Assembly: GCA_964016885.1 (NCBI GenBank)
Contig: OZ024741.1
Span: 80,848,001-80,912,000 of the forward strand
DNA from: Eledone cirrhosa
Lineage: Eukaryota
Direction: 5' to 3'
DNA: 64,000 nucleotides
The translations under genes and the position numbers were made by a program. This document shows, one piece after another, positions 24,325 through 37,911 of this stretch. Each line of letters opens with the position of its first letter. Position 1 is the first letter of the stretch. The notes under the pieces are model-generated. The model saw nothing but the letters and a program-made list of their open reading frames with translations. It was not told the origin of the DNA and made no database searches.

Positions 24325-27300
24325 GATTTCATTTATTGGCCACAAGGGCCGACATATAGGGGACAATACAAAAGATTGGGACAGTGGGGTTTTACAGAAA
24401 AATCGAGTAAACAATATGAATAACTATAACAAAGTAACAATAACAAAGTACAATAAAGTAACAATAAAATTACAAGAAAAAATTCCCCAATAGGGGGGAT
24501 GACCACCAGTCCTGAACGACCCGACGCTTCGCGAACACCCTGGAAGGGCACCCCTCTCTCCTCTTCAAATTTACCTACCTACAGCCGCATGACCAGAGTA
24601 GGCCCACTCACACGGGCCATTCTCGCCACATTCACCCACCTTTCAGCAAATGTACTGGGGGCCAGCACTTCTCTCTCCACCCTCACCTTCCTTTCCAAGT
24701 GAAATTTGAAAAAGTTGATGAGGAATTAGCCGAAGTCTGGAAAATTTACGTAAAGCTCGTAGGGCAGACCTTCCAAACCGGGTGACTTGCACCTCATGCA
24801 GCCTACAAGGGCATCCTGAATCTCGGCTGAAGTAATTGGCCTTTCGCAGCGCCCAGCGTCAGCTGTCGAGAGTTGCGGCAAGCCATCGAGGTAGGGACTG
24901 AAGTCCGCCATCTATTGTTGACGACTCCCTTGTCAACTTTTTCTTAACTAAATTGTTGACCTGGTTCCTGTAAGCCTTACGTGCCGGAAATGACATGTTT
25001 AGCTTCCAGTAACCAGGTCCTAACCTACGCGTCTTATCTAGGTCGACCATACAGATCACAAACTTGTGATCTGAATAGGCGACCGTTTCAAAACGTGGAC
25101 AGCTTACACTATTTCTGTCTATTTTCCTAATGAATATCCTGTCTATATACGATCTAGATGACTCTATGCGGTTAGCACAGGTCCACACTGGCGCATTAGG
25201 GAAATCTAGTTGGAACCTGTCAGACAGTTGGAACTGGCTGATCAGGTTCTTGAGGCTTTTGCACCCGCCGCTCCTATCGGATACTCCGACACAGTCCCCG
25301 CGTGCGTCTAAGATGCCGTTCCAGTCCCCCGCTAACAGTAAAGGGCGAGACGTACCCAGAAAGGCTTCCAGGCGTCTAAAGAAGTCCGGCCGTCCTGTCC
25401 CAGTAGGAGCATAGACGGCCACCAGTCTAAAGGCACCACCTTCATTATTGTTCACATCCAGGACCACGAACTTTCCGTCCGGGTCCCGGAAGATCGACCT
25501 TACCTCAAGATCCAGGCCTTTCCTAAACAGCACTGCCACCCCGCCTCCCATTCCCGGCCGGCTAACAGATGCAAAGATCTGATAGTCGTCGAAAATGGGG
25601 GCTAGTGCGCGCGTGTCGGAAATCCTGGTCTCGCTGACTGCAATTACATCCATTTCTATAGACCTGAGGTCGTTGAGCAGGTGCTTCCAGGACGATCCCA
25701 GGCCTCGAACATTTAAACATCCTACTCTTAATACGGCCATATTGGCAGGTTAAACAGAGAGAGAGGAAGGTTTACTTACCTCCCGGGCTCTTGTGAAGGT
25801 CGGGTTGTTCGACCTCCATAGCTGGTGGGGTTTCTTTTGGGAACCCCTTTAAAAGACTTGAAGTGGGTTTTACGTTCGGGGTTCCCACGTCCCGAGGAAA
25901 GCTGTCCTATTTCTTTGAATATGTCGAGCGACATTCGCACCGGAACCAAATCTTCTGGCACGCGAAATGTGCTCGATTAAAAAATTTCCCCCTCTTTTTG
26001 TATATTTTCACTTCGTGCTTATGCCCTCCTGACGAGCACGAAGTTTTGTATGTTTTGTTGGTGTGATTTTATTTGTTTGCGTGGCTGTGGTGGTGATGGT
26101 TTTGGTGGTGTTGTTTCGGTTGTATATGTGTTTGTTGTGAGTGTGGTGTCTGTGGTTTCAGATGTTTCTGTGTATATTTGTTCTTGCGTCTGTTAAGGTT
26201 GTTTGCGTTTGGCGGATTCTGGTGGTGTTGATGTTGGTGTTATTGGAGAGATGTTTGCGCGGGTGGTGTCTGCGTTTTTTTATTGTGGGTGCTTTTGTGC
26301 TTTGTTGAGTTTTTTTTTCTTTTTGTGTTTCCTTTTTTGTATTTTGGGGGATTTTGGTTTCCCCTCATTTTCACTACTGGTAGATGAGGGGTCTGTGTCT
26401 AAGTGTGTCCGTATGTATGTTTATGGTTTTATTGGTGTGTGTATTTTTGGGGGGAGGGGGAATTTGACAGCTTTCCTCGTTTCCCCCCTGGGTGGTCAAT
26501 ATTGGTGGTGGTCTTTTTATTGGTATTGTTAGTGGTGGTTTTGCCGGTGCTGGTGTTGGTTGTGGTCCTCGCCCCGGCGTCGGCAGCAGTGGAGCCTTTC
26601 GACCCCTTGCCTCTTTCAGCAGTTGAGGGCAGAAGGCTCGCAAATGGGTTTTTCCCCACAAACAAAACACTGCGGCCTTTTGCCTTCGGTCATAATGTGA
26701 ATGACCGTCCCATTCTGAAGGCGGATGTGGTCCGGGATTGTCTTCACACTCTCGAGCCTGATCTGGAGAAGGATCTCCAGGTCAACCCCGGACCAGTCCT
26801 CTCTGGCCGTTCTGGTCACTTCTATAGGGACGGTATCCGCCCCCTCCACAATCACACATCCCAGAAGCCACCACATGTCAAGTGCTGGTGGGATTCTGGG
26901 AATGCGGAGACGGGCTGTTCTTTTTCCCATGTGGGAAGGGCACATTATGACCCTGCTGGTTTTGCAAGGAGTCATAGCGTGTTTCATAGCGAGGGCTTCT
27001 GACTTGAACAACACCGAAATGGTGCCGTACTGTCTGCCCCTCTCTATGTACTGGGTGTCTTCTCTGATGCACCTCAGCGCGACTTCGACATCTTCTTGTG
27101 GGATTAAAGCTGCCCTTTTGGTTTGTGCTGAGATGCATCTATACTGCACCGTTCTGCGCTCCACTGCCTCAATAGCTTCTACCGGGACAGTTAAGTTGGC
27201 CCAGGTTTGCTCTTGCTTGATGAGCTTGCATGCCTGGGCCAACTTTTCATCTTTGTTTGAAAGGTCTATGTTGAAGCATGGCCTCCTTTTTGCTGCTGCC

Positions 27301-27940
27301 GCAGCGAAAGTGTTCTTCTTGTTTTCGTTGGGGGTGTTGTGGTCGTTGTCGTTGTTCTTGTTGGTGTTGTTGTTAGCACTGTCGCTGTTATCATTGTTGT
27401 CTTTGTTGCCACCGTTGTTCTCGGTGCAGTTGGTATTGTTGCTGTTGGTGTTGTCGCTATTTGTTTTCATGTTCGTGGTGTTGATATTGTTGTTGTATTT
27501 GTTATTTTTTTTTGTTATCTGTATTTTCGTTGTCGCTGTTACTGTCAATTGTTTTCAAAATTAGAGTTCTCATTGGTATCATTGGTGTCTTTGTTTACAT
27601 TGTTTGTGGTGGTGTTTGTGTTATCAATGTGTGTTAATTTCGCTGTAGCGCTCCTCTCAACTTCTACGTCGTTGTTGCACGACAGCAGACATATCGCTGG
27701 GGGGGGGGGGGGGGGGGGGGGGCTCAGCCATGTTTTTTTTTTCTTCGTAAATTTTTTAACATGTAAAAAAAGTTCAAATATTTGGGCCAAAGGCCCAAAT
27801 ATTATACTTTCCCCTTCACCGGGCGGGCAAAGTCTAAGGGCTTATATCCCTTACACAACAAGAAATATTTAACAACAAATAATTTTAACAGGCAAATAAG
27901 GCGACTTATTTGGAGCGAGCAAAATACGTCCGCTTAGACC
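24325..27940 (-). mobile_element. Tx1-like copy G, both ends present, most of RT deleted
   Basis: ORF1 remnants ~25772-27730, APE ORF 24859-25740, short RT piece 24726-24911, ORF2 C-terminus to ~24579; (AAT)n 27941-27993 at the 5' flank. Confidence 0.88.
24859..25740 (-). pseudogene. APE endonuclease domain of copy G ORF2
   Basis: NVRGL, SET, AGDWN, YIDR, SDH motifs. Confidence 0.85.
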
Positions 27941-27993
<53 letters not shown>

Positions 27994-28178
27994 GTTTCCA
28001 AGGATGGTTAAAGAAGATTAGTCCAGCCCCGCTTTTTGGAACACTTCAAAAGGCATGCTTGCTGGGAACAGCAAGAACCCTCCGATACGTCCTGAATATC
28101 TGAGGCTGCAGGTAGCGGCTTGATATTCATTTCAACAAACTTTCCAGTTAAATAACATCAATGATTGAGACTCAAAGA
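27994..28178 (+). mobile_element. Short 3' fragment of the A/C Dong-like family
   Basis: Matches ORF end and 3' UTR of A/C; flanked by (AAT)n and (CAA)n(TAA)n 28179-28305. Confidence 0.9.
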
Positions 28179-28183
28179 ACAAT

Positions 28184-28305
<122 letters not shown>

Positions 28306-29269
28306 GGGAAGAAGACGCACGAGGTGGTAGAACGTCACGAAATTGCTCCCGTAAGTTTTTTGATTTTTAACATATTTAAATCAATTGTGAAAGAACAATT
28401 CTTAGCACAAATGTTGCATAAAGGCACCGAATGAGGTCCCATAAAGTTTCGGATCCATATTATATTGTTGTATCCATATTATATTGTTGTATCGCTCAAA
28501 TATTCAATTTTGTATGATATATTTTGTATTCAAAAAAAGAAAATGGTTATAAATGGAACAAAACACCCTCTGTCTACACTATATAGAACAGCGGCAATTT
28601 CAATTTCACCAACACCAGAAACTTGATACACTACCTATCCCATCACACTAAATATAACGGCAACTTCACCGGCATCATAATAATAATTACTATTATTATT
28701 GTCTCAAATTTAAAAAAATGTTTAATTCAAATTTTACGGGAATATGTCAACACAAAATATAATGAAAATATATATTAAACATACGAACACAAACTCATAG
28801 ATACTATATCAGTAACCACAACACCACCGCTGCCACCATTCCACCACATCCATCATCGCCGCCACCACTCATTCAATGCTACTGACACTATTCCCCTGTT
28901 AACTTGAGAGAGAAAAGGGAAGGTGGTGGTAGCACTAGACAAGAGAGAGGCTAGCAAAAGATATAAATAGATTGACTTGGTGACCTTGCCACGGACAAAC
29001 GTCTACATCAACAATTATGGGACTGCTGGCTCACCCCTTCCTCACCAACAATATAAAAAGCCCCGGCACCACCACCGACATAGCCAGCAGCAATAACAGC
29101 CAACTACAACAAAAAGTATATTATATTATTGTAATGCACTGGGTGATTGCTGGCCTTGTCCCTGGAGTGGAGACAATTATTAATAATTTCATTCTTAAGC
29201 CACGCAATGCTCACATTAAGGAACCACTCATGATAATAACAATTTAAAAAAAAACAACAAAAATAAAAC

Positions 29270-32200
29270 CCCGTGACCAAGAAATACCGGGATGGCGGCC
29301 GGCGGGGAATAGCCATGTCTCTAGGGGAGAACGACCCCTCTAGTCTTGGTTGACACTCGTTCTAGAAGTGGTAACACGAAAAGATTACCCCTTGGCGGAT
29401 AAGGATAAAACGCGACAAAATAAAGTAGATGTCTAATGATGAAATCTCATACCGGATCGGGCGTCACCCGGGTAAAAAAGGGCCGCGTCCCTCAGAGAGG
29501 AACCAGACTGGGGTCGAAAAATCAGCTAATGGTTCAAACCTTCCCATCACTTCGGAGCTGGAGACCTCCCATAACCGGAATACTCCTACTGTTGGCCCTC
29601 CATGCTCAGCACCAAGAAATCCAAAGAAAAAGAGAGAAAAATGGTCAAGGGAAGATAATAAAGAAGTCCTTGAGGCTTTCTATACTGCCATGTACTACCC
29701 ATCAAATACATCGAATACAGAGCAAACATATATCAACTGGAAAAAGAAACATCCCGAAAACAGAGGCTATATTGACAGTAACAAACTAGCCAATATACGA
29801 AGAAATATTGTAAGAAAAAAGTTACTAACTGATATAGAAATTGATCAGATCAAGCTAGTAGCACAAAGTCAGCGAAGGGAAAATGAAGCACGTGTCAGTG
29901 AAAACGAGGTAAACTGTAACACTTCGAATCCCAGAGTTGGGGCGGAATCACTGGCAACAGAACAAATTAAAGAAAGGAGCGAAAAAGTGGAGGGAGTGCA
30001 TGCTCAGGATGAAACTCCAAATGAAAATAATGAGATCGTAAATGATAAAGAAATGAATGAGAATGAACTTGCCAACTTGAAGGATGAAATTATGATCGAA
30101 TGGATGAAAATGAAAGAAACTGACATGGGGAACGAGACACCCTCCCTAAGATCCAGAACTCCAAACAGAACCAAAAGATAATACACAAGACTAACATAAT
30201 TCTCAAAAACATTATCATCACAAACAAAATAAACATTACTGACTTAAATCATCTCTATTATGCACCGGCTAAAGTCACCACTCACTTATGTGGAGTGAAG
30301 ATGAAAAAACAAAGGAATTCCCACAAGAAATCTACTTGGCAAGATAACATCAATCGCCAAATAAACCTTCTCCGATCTGACATAGAAATTTTAACAAACT
30401 ATAAAGTAGGTGAACATGTTAAACAAACTAAACTTAGAAAATTGAAAAAAAAGTACAGTATAAGATCAACATGTGACATAGACATGCTGATAGAAACAAT
30501 CAAGCAAAAAGTGTCGGCCAAAGCTGCTCGTATAAGGCGCTTTGAAAAACGATCTAGATTCTATAAGGACAATAATATGTTCAAAAACAACCAAAGAAAC
30601 TTCTACAGAAAAATTGGTAAGTCAACAATAACTGCTAAATCAATACCACCCAAGGAGGAAGTGCAAGAATTCTGGGAAAAGATCTGGGCCGAAGAAAAAG
30701 TTCATAACATACATGCCCCATGGATAGACAGACAAATGAAAGAAACAGCTCACCTTGAAGAACAAACATGGGAAAATATAACAGTTGAACAGCTGCGCTT
30801 GGCTCTAAGAAAAACCAGCAAATGGAAATCCCCAGGAAAAGACAAAATACAAAACTTTTGGATAAATGCCTTCACAGAGTCTCATGAGCTGTTGGCCCAA
30901 CTTTACAATGAAATAGTTAAGGAGCCAGAAAAGATACCATCATGGCTAGTTAACGGCATTACATTCCTGCTACCGAAGAATGATGAGACAAACAATCCCA
31001 AAAATTACAGACCGATAACCTGCTTGACCACAATGTATAAAATTTTAACATCAGTCCTAACTGAATACACATATGACCACCTGATAACAAATGACCTATT
31101 TCCCATTGAGCAGAAAGGGTGTAAACGAGGCTCATATGGCTGTAAGGATCAGCTTCTGGTTAACAAAATGATACTGGAAGATTGTCATAATAGACACAAA
31201 AATCTATCGATTGCTTGGATAGATTATAAAAAAGCATTTGATAGTTTGCCACACAGTTGGATTGAAAAATGTTTAGAGATTTTCAAAATATCCCCCGTTG
31301 TCAGGAGGTTTTTGTCATTCAGTATGAGGACATGGAGAACGACACTCCTTTTGAATAGTGAAACAAAATCACTGGAAGCTGGAGAAGTTAACATTAATTG
31401 TGGAATTTTTCAGGGTGACTCTTTATCACCGCTTTTATTCTGCATCGCACTTATACCATTAAGTAAAATGCTCAATGAAACAAAACATGGATATAGAGTC
31501 TATGACAAAACCATTAATCACCTGTTCTACATGGATGACCTGAAACTATTCGCAAAAAATGATGAACAATTGCAAGGGCTATTATCCACTGTGAAGCAGT
31601 TCAGTGATGACATTAAAATGGAGTTTGGACTGGATAAATGCGCCAAAGCAACGTTCACCAGAGGAAAGCTGCTGAAGAGTTCAGACATTAATCTTGATCG
31701 GGGGAACGTGATAAGAGAGCTTGATCAAGAACAAACTTACAAATATCTAGGTGTTTGTGAAGGAGACGGAATCAAGCACTCGACAATGAGGGAAAGGATA
31801 AGGAAGGAATGTTACCGCAGAGTCAGAGCAATCTTAAGAACGGAATTGAATGCAAGGAATAGGATCGATGCCATAAACACGCTTGCCATACCAGTAGTAA
31901 CCTACAGTTACAATGTCATCAACTGGTCAAGCACAGAGATCCGTAGGCTCGATACAAAAATCCGAAAATTCTTAACCATGCACAGAATGCATCACCCTAA
32001 GGCAGACATAGATAGAATATATCTCCCTAGGAAAGAAGGAGGACGTGGGTTAATCCAGTTAGACATTGCGTTGAAAACTGCAACAATTGGATTATCCACA
32101 TATCTAAGGGAATCACATGATTGGATGATCAAACTCGTTTTGAAACACGAAAGCACCAAAAGATCATATTCCATTACAAAAGATGCACAAAGATACAGTA

Positions 32201-33219
32201 ATGGACTACAAATTTCAGAAGTCCCATTTACTGCTGAAATGGAAAACACAGAAAAAGCAAAGCAGGTAAAAGTAACTGCAAAGAAAGAACTGCTACAGAA
32301 ACTGGCTAAGAAATGGCAAGAAAAGCCTCTGTATGGAAAATACCCAGAGCGAGCTAACAATCCTGATGTTGACAAAACTTTAACCCATCAGTGGTTGGCA
32401 TCCTCTGGACTGAAATCGGAGACTGAAGGACTGATTATCTCCGCACAAGATCAGTGTCTGCCAACAAAAAATTACCAAGCCAACATAATAAAAAATGGGT
32501 GCAGCCCATTATGCCGTGTATGCAAAAAACAACCAGAGACCATTGACCATATAATTTCAATGTGCAGTCCTATAGCTCCAACCGAATACCTAAACAGGCA
32601 TGACAGAGCTGCACAATACATACATTGGATAATGTGTAAGCATTTTGACCTGCCCCATCAAAAGAATTGGTGGGAGCATCAACCACTTCCCATACTTGAA
32701 AAAGATCACATCTCAATCTTGTGGAACTTTAGCATCCAAACAGACCGAAAAATAGATGCAAATAGACCTGATATAATATTGAAGGACTTTCAAAGGAGGG
32801 TATGCCTGCTAATTGATATGTCTGTTCCAATAGACAAGAATGTATCTATAAAAACATTTGAAAAATTGAGCAAGTATAAGGACCTGGAGATAGAAATTGG
32901 AAAAATGTGGAAATTGAGAACTAAAACAATACCAGTGGTTGTAGGCGCTCTGGGAATGATACCTAAGGGGTCTAACGACTACTTATCGCAAATCCCAGGA
33001 AACCCGCGTATAGGAGAAATACAAAAGATAGTACTAATGGGAACTGCCCATATACTAAGGAAGATCCTGTCAATATAAGTACATCACAAGTCTAAACACT
33101 AAGGATGCATGTGTGAATATGTGTGTTCTTTCTTGAACATGGCGGACCTTGTTGTCTCTTGAGGTCACTGGTTGTGACTTGGTGATAACTCGTATAAACA
33201 TAAAGCAAGATAAATGCAA
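29270..33219 (+). mobile_element. R4/Dong-like copy E, a second diverged family, near full length
   Basis: RT-RLE ORF, 3' UTR, (TAA)n tail 33220-33246. Confidence 0.9.
29429..33078 (+). CDS. RT-RLE polyprotein of copy E, frameshifted near 30130 (ORFs 29429-30181 and 30295-33078)
   Basis: YRPITCL, QGDSLSPLLF, FYMDDLKLF, CRVCKKQPETIDHIISMC, RHD, RPDII..D..EKLSKY. Confidence 0.88.
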
Positions 33220-33289
33220 ATAATAATAATAATAATAATAATAATAAAGAGTAGGAACGAGGTATCAGTATATCACCACTATGTTTGTT

Positions 33290-33382
33290 CACGTGTGACG
33301 TGCGTTTCGCGATCGATCAGCTCAAATAACGATCGGTATGGATCGCGCCCGACTCTGAAATCAATAGCTCATCAGACTAGTG
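33290..33382 (-). ncRNA. Type I hammerhead ribozyme candidate with long stem II
   Basis: Minus strand: cactagt CTGATGA gc..gc GAAA cgcacg TC acacgtg; stem I has a 2x2 mismatch. Confidence 0.55.
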
Positions 33383-33447
33383 GATTCTTTAATGACTGTA
33401 TATATATATATATATGTGTGTGTGAATAAACATAATGATGCTATATC

Positions 33448-33497
<50 letters not shown>

Positions 33498-33580
33498 CTT
33501 CTTCTTCTTCTTCTTCTTCTTCTTCTTCTTCTTCTTCTTCTTCTTCTTCTTCTTCTTCTTCTTCTTCTTCTTCTTCTTCT
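33448..33580. repeat. (TTG)n(TTC)n compound microsatellite
   Basis: Seen directly. Confidence 0.95.
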
Positions 33581-33690
33581 CTATATATATATGTAGGAGG
33601 TGAGATTTTATTGTAGCACAATAAAGCAATATGTTGATTTAAAACTTCACTATTCACAAAGTGTTTTTTAAGCTTCATATCATGTCTCCC

Positions 33691-33761
33691 TATTTTATCT
33701 GATGAGAACGCAGATATCATCCCATGATGATATTTGTTTTTGAAATGCGCATAATAAAATA
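33691..33761 (+). ncRNA. Hammerhead ribozyme, family A, within a ~200-bp element 33591-33792 flanked by (TA)n
   Basis: tattttat CTGATGA [long stem II] GAAA tgcgca TA ataaaata; 8-bp stem I, palindromic stem III. Confidence 0.85.
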
Positions 33762-34471
33762 CTTGGAACTCTTTTAACCATCTTTTGATCTTATATTATA
33801 TATATATATATATTGGATATATAGATATATATTTTTTTTCTGGAGAGAACGTTGGAAGTGATTTCGAAGTTTCATCTAATTCTTCTTCTAATTGAAGATA
33901 GTTAGGAGAAGCACTCGCTGAAACATCGAAGTCACTGCTTTATATTTAATGTATTAGACGTTTGGGGCCTCTCACTTGCAATAGCTTTTTAGTGTCTCCG
34001 TGAATGTTTTTGTGAATGTGTATATGTGTGCGTGGGAGTGCATGTGTGTGGAGGGTGGGTATTAGATTCAGTATGAAGTACCAGCAGATAGTAACAAACA
34101 TGGAAAGGCCAATGGAAACATTATTTCCTTGGTCAGTTCTGACGATTGGCTCCTTTCCGCTTTCTTTCCTTTTTTCCTTGTCTGAAAATTAACAATGGAT
34201 ACATGAAAACGAGTTGGCAAGTTATCCGAAACATACTTTATAAGCATAGCGTAGAATTTACTTCATAAATTCATAAATGGCAACTTGTCTGTTGTATTTT
34301 TCTTGATTATTTAAAACAGACTGATTAACTTACAGCACGTTTAATGAAATCAAATGTCTAAAAATTACAAAAATATATAAATAGATAACATAAACAAAAT
34401 AAATATAATAGATAAATATACAAATAGAGACGAAAATAGAAACAAACAAAATGGCGCCGACCGCTTTTTTG

Positions 34472-34577
<106 letters not shown>

Positions 34578-35149
34578 TGCGGTAATACACAATATAAAGA
34601 TAGGAAACATGGCGCTTTTAATTGTTTAAGCGAAGCGGAACAGCATTAAACAATACATAAAATTGAAAATTTGGCGAAAGAATACAAAAACAATGTATAA
34701 CAATATATATAGCGGAAGAAACAAACAAAAAATAACATATTCATTATGTATAGTCTTATATTTTCTTTGCTCTTCCAACGTGAAAACTATTTTGGTAATG
34801 AAAGACATTGTTCTGTCAAATAGACAAAATGTTAAATAGGCCTATTTTTGTCATGTAGTAGGTTTTTTTTTTCTTGCGATAGAGCTAGCAAATTACATAT
34901 TTCAGACGTGTCGATGTATGTATGTATGTATGTATGTATGTATGTATGTATGTATGTATGTATGTATGTATGTATGTATGTATGTATGTATGTATGTATG
35001 TATGTATGTATGTATGCATGCATGTATATATGTATGAGTGTGTGTATGTATGTATGCATGTATGTGTGAGTGTGTGCATGTAAGTATGTATATAATTGTA
35101 TATATTTTGCATGAGAATATATGCATATATATGTATATATAATATATAA

Positions 35150-35455
35150 CTTTCTTTTTATTTGCCACCAGGGCATCAAAAAGTGGGACAAGTACAATGG
35201 GGGGAGTTTACATAAAAAGGCATCCTCACTAAGGAGGAGGCAATAACAAAATATAAAAATAAAATATAAAATATAACCAAAATAAATTTAATAACAAAAT
35301 CCTCAATAGAGAGGAGGCGCCTTGGGGGTTCGCACACACCCTCGAAAAAAGTGTGCAACCCTTCTCCTCGGGAGCACAGAGGGGGGTGCTCCCTTGATTT
35401 TTCATCTTCCTCACCTATAGTTTGATGTAGAGTGAAGGCCCATTCACACGGGCCA
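35150..35455 (-). mobile_element. Tx1-like 3' fragment J (ORF2 end plus 3' UTR)
   Basis: Minus strand encodes [12 protein letters not shown]; ends gccctggtggcaaataaaaagaaag then TA-rich sequence. Confidence 0.8.
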
Positions 35456-35492
35456 TATTATTATATATACCATATTATTATATATACCATAC

Positions 35493-35554
<62 letters not shown>

Positions 35555-35642
35555 TATATATGTGTGTTATACATATGTACATATATATATGTACATATGT
35601 ATAACACACATATATATAAACATATATATATATATATATATA

Positions 35643-35686
<44 letters not shown>

Positions 35687-36275
35687 ATATATATATATAT
35701 ATATGTATAATATGTATATATATGTGTGTGTGTCTGGTGGTGGTGGTGGTGGTGGTGGTGGTGGGGGGGTATTTGTGTATGTGTGTGAATGTGTGTGTAT
35801 TAATATATATATTAATACACACACACATTCACACACACACACCACACACATATACACACATACACACACATATATATATATATATATAGAGAGAGAGATA
35901 GATAGATATATGTGTGTGTTAGAAAGTGAAAAACAACTGTCAAAGAAAATTCAATTTACTACTTTTAAATTTGATAGCGGAACGGAAAGAGAACAGTTTT
36001 CGAAGTGTGAACAAAAAGACCAACAAGAGAACATGATTTGTTAGAAGAAAAGAATAGAACAAATTCAAGGAGGTAAAAATGAAATGCGGAAGCCTAGTTT
36101 TAAATTACTGTAAGCATTGTATAAACTAATATATATGAACAATAGAATGTTGGCTTGCAATTCAAAACGGCTTCCGTTTAATAAACTAAGTAAACAAAAC
36201 TATGACCATTGTGATGGAGAGTGGGGAGAAGTACTTAAGGTGTGAGGTATTTTAATATGTTACAACAGTATTTCA

Positions 36276-36316
<41 letters not shown>

Positions 36317-36681
36317 TATTCAAAACAACAAACAGCGGAGGACGCGTTTCGCACCTGACCGACAGACAACCTTTACCCCAGAAAAAAAACCCCAGTTGAT
36401 GGATGTGAATCCGAAATATATAGGGACTATTAAATCTCTCCCAAGGTAACTCTCTCTTGTGTTGTTATTTTTATTTTATCCTTTATACTCTTCCCTTCTT
36501 TCTTCTACACATTTACACATCTTTACACACCACGCATCTCAACGTACACCCACTTACATCTCTCTCTCCACCACCGGATCTTGTTACCCGAAGATTTACC
36601 CATTTGCATTGTCGAGGCTTCCAAACGACTTAAAGATATTTATTTATTATTCCACAATGCTTCAAGCAAACTTCAATACTC

Positions 36682-36748
<67 letters not shown>

Positions 36749-36957
36749 TATGTATACGTACATACATATATGTATACAGACGTACAGTAGTATGTATATA
36801 TATACATACATGCACATATATATATATGCACGTATCGGTTTACCAAACATTTATTATAATGCTCGGTTTGTTTGTTTGTAAACAAACAAACAGCCCGAAT
36901 TACGCCGTACAGTGTTTAGGCAACCACGTCACCTTTTTGTTCAACACTGACACAGGA

Positions 36958-37000
36958 ACGATGTACTAGTTTCAAGCTTATTAGCTATCGTCAGCATCGT
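36958..37000 (-). ncRNA. Minimal hammerhead ribozyme, family C
   Basis: Minus strand: acgatg CTGACGA tagctaataagctt GAAA ctag TA catcgt. Confidence 0.88.
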
Positions 37001-37653
37001 ATACCTTCCTGCCAGATGGTTGAACGTCTGAAAGTATATACTTTACTTATGCATATTAACGGCTGAGCAGCCTAATTTGCATATCGAGTGAGTTCAGTCG
37101 GCCGGGCACACCGAAAACGATAAATGGAATAGAATGAAACGAAATTTTATTTCTCACTCTTAGTACGGCACTTACTTAAATGTAAGTATGTATACGTACA
37201 TACATATATGTATACAGACGTACAGTAGTATGTATATATATACATACATGCACACGTATATATATGCACGTATCGGTTTACCGAACATTTATTATAATGC
37301 TCGGTTTGTTTGTTTGTAAACAAACAAACAGCCCGAATTACGCCGTACAGTGTTTAGGCAACACGTCATCTTTTTGTTCAACACTGACACAGGAATATGT
37401 GTGCATGTATGTATATATATACATACTACTGTACGTCTGTATACATATATGTATGTACGTATACATACTTACATTTAAGTAAGTGCCGTACTAAGAGTGA
37501 GAAATGAAATTTCGTTTCATTCTATTCCATTTACCGTTTTCGGTGTGCTCGGCCGACTGAACTCACTCGATATGCAAATTAGGTTTCTCAGCCGTTAATA
37601 TGCATAAGGAAAGTATATACTTTCAGACGTTCAACCATCTGGCAGGAAGGTAT

Positions 37654-37696
37654 ACGATGCTGACGATAGCTAATAAGCTTGAAACTAGTACATCGT
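37654..37696 (+). ncRNA. Minimal hammerhead ribozyme, family C
   Basis: acgatg CTGACGA tagctaataagctt GAAA ctag TA catcgt. Confidence 0.88.
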
Positions 37697-37803
37697 TCCT
37701 GTGTCAGTGTTGAACGTTAAGACCCTCTTCCTACTATATGAGGCGTTAACCTAATATATCCCTTCCAGATACTGTACCGATTGTGTTGTTATTTCTGTTT
37801 ACC

Positions 37804-37911
<108 letters not shown>

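Larger units (their letters stand above)
36745..37715. mobile_element. Retrozyme-like element, family C: ~1.5 tandem copies of a ~437-bp unit (minus) plus an inverted partial copy (plus)
   Basis: 36746-36958 repeats at 37184-37395; 37396-37715 is the reverse complement of ~36939-37255; one hammerhead per unit. Confidence 0.75.

Noticed and set aside
28415-28495. Possible ribozyme near atgaggtccc..gtttcgg, with a 19-bp direct repeat
   Set aside because: Core halves fall on opposite strands; the repeat is a simple local duplication
33885-33940. ttgaaga...gaaacatcgaagtc, and a similar gaaacgttag near 38082
   Set aside because: Core mutated and stem I does not pair; at most old relics
36338-36370. 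gacgcgtttc, the reverse complement of the hammerhead GAAACGCGTC
   Set aside because: No matching CTGANGA or stem I partner nearby
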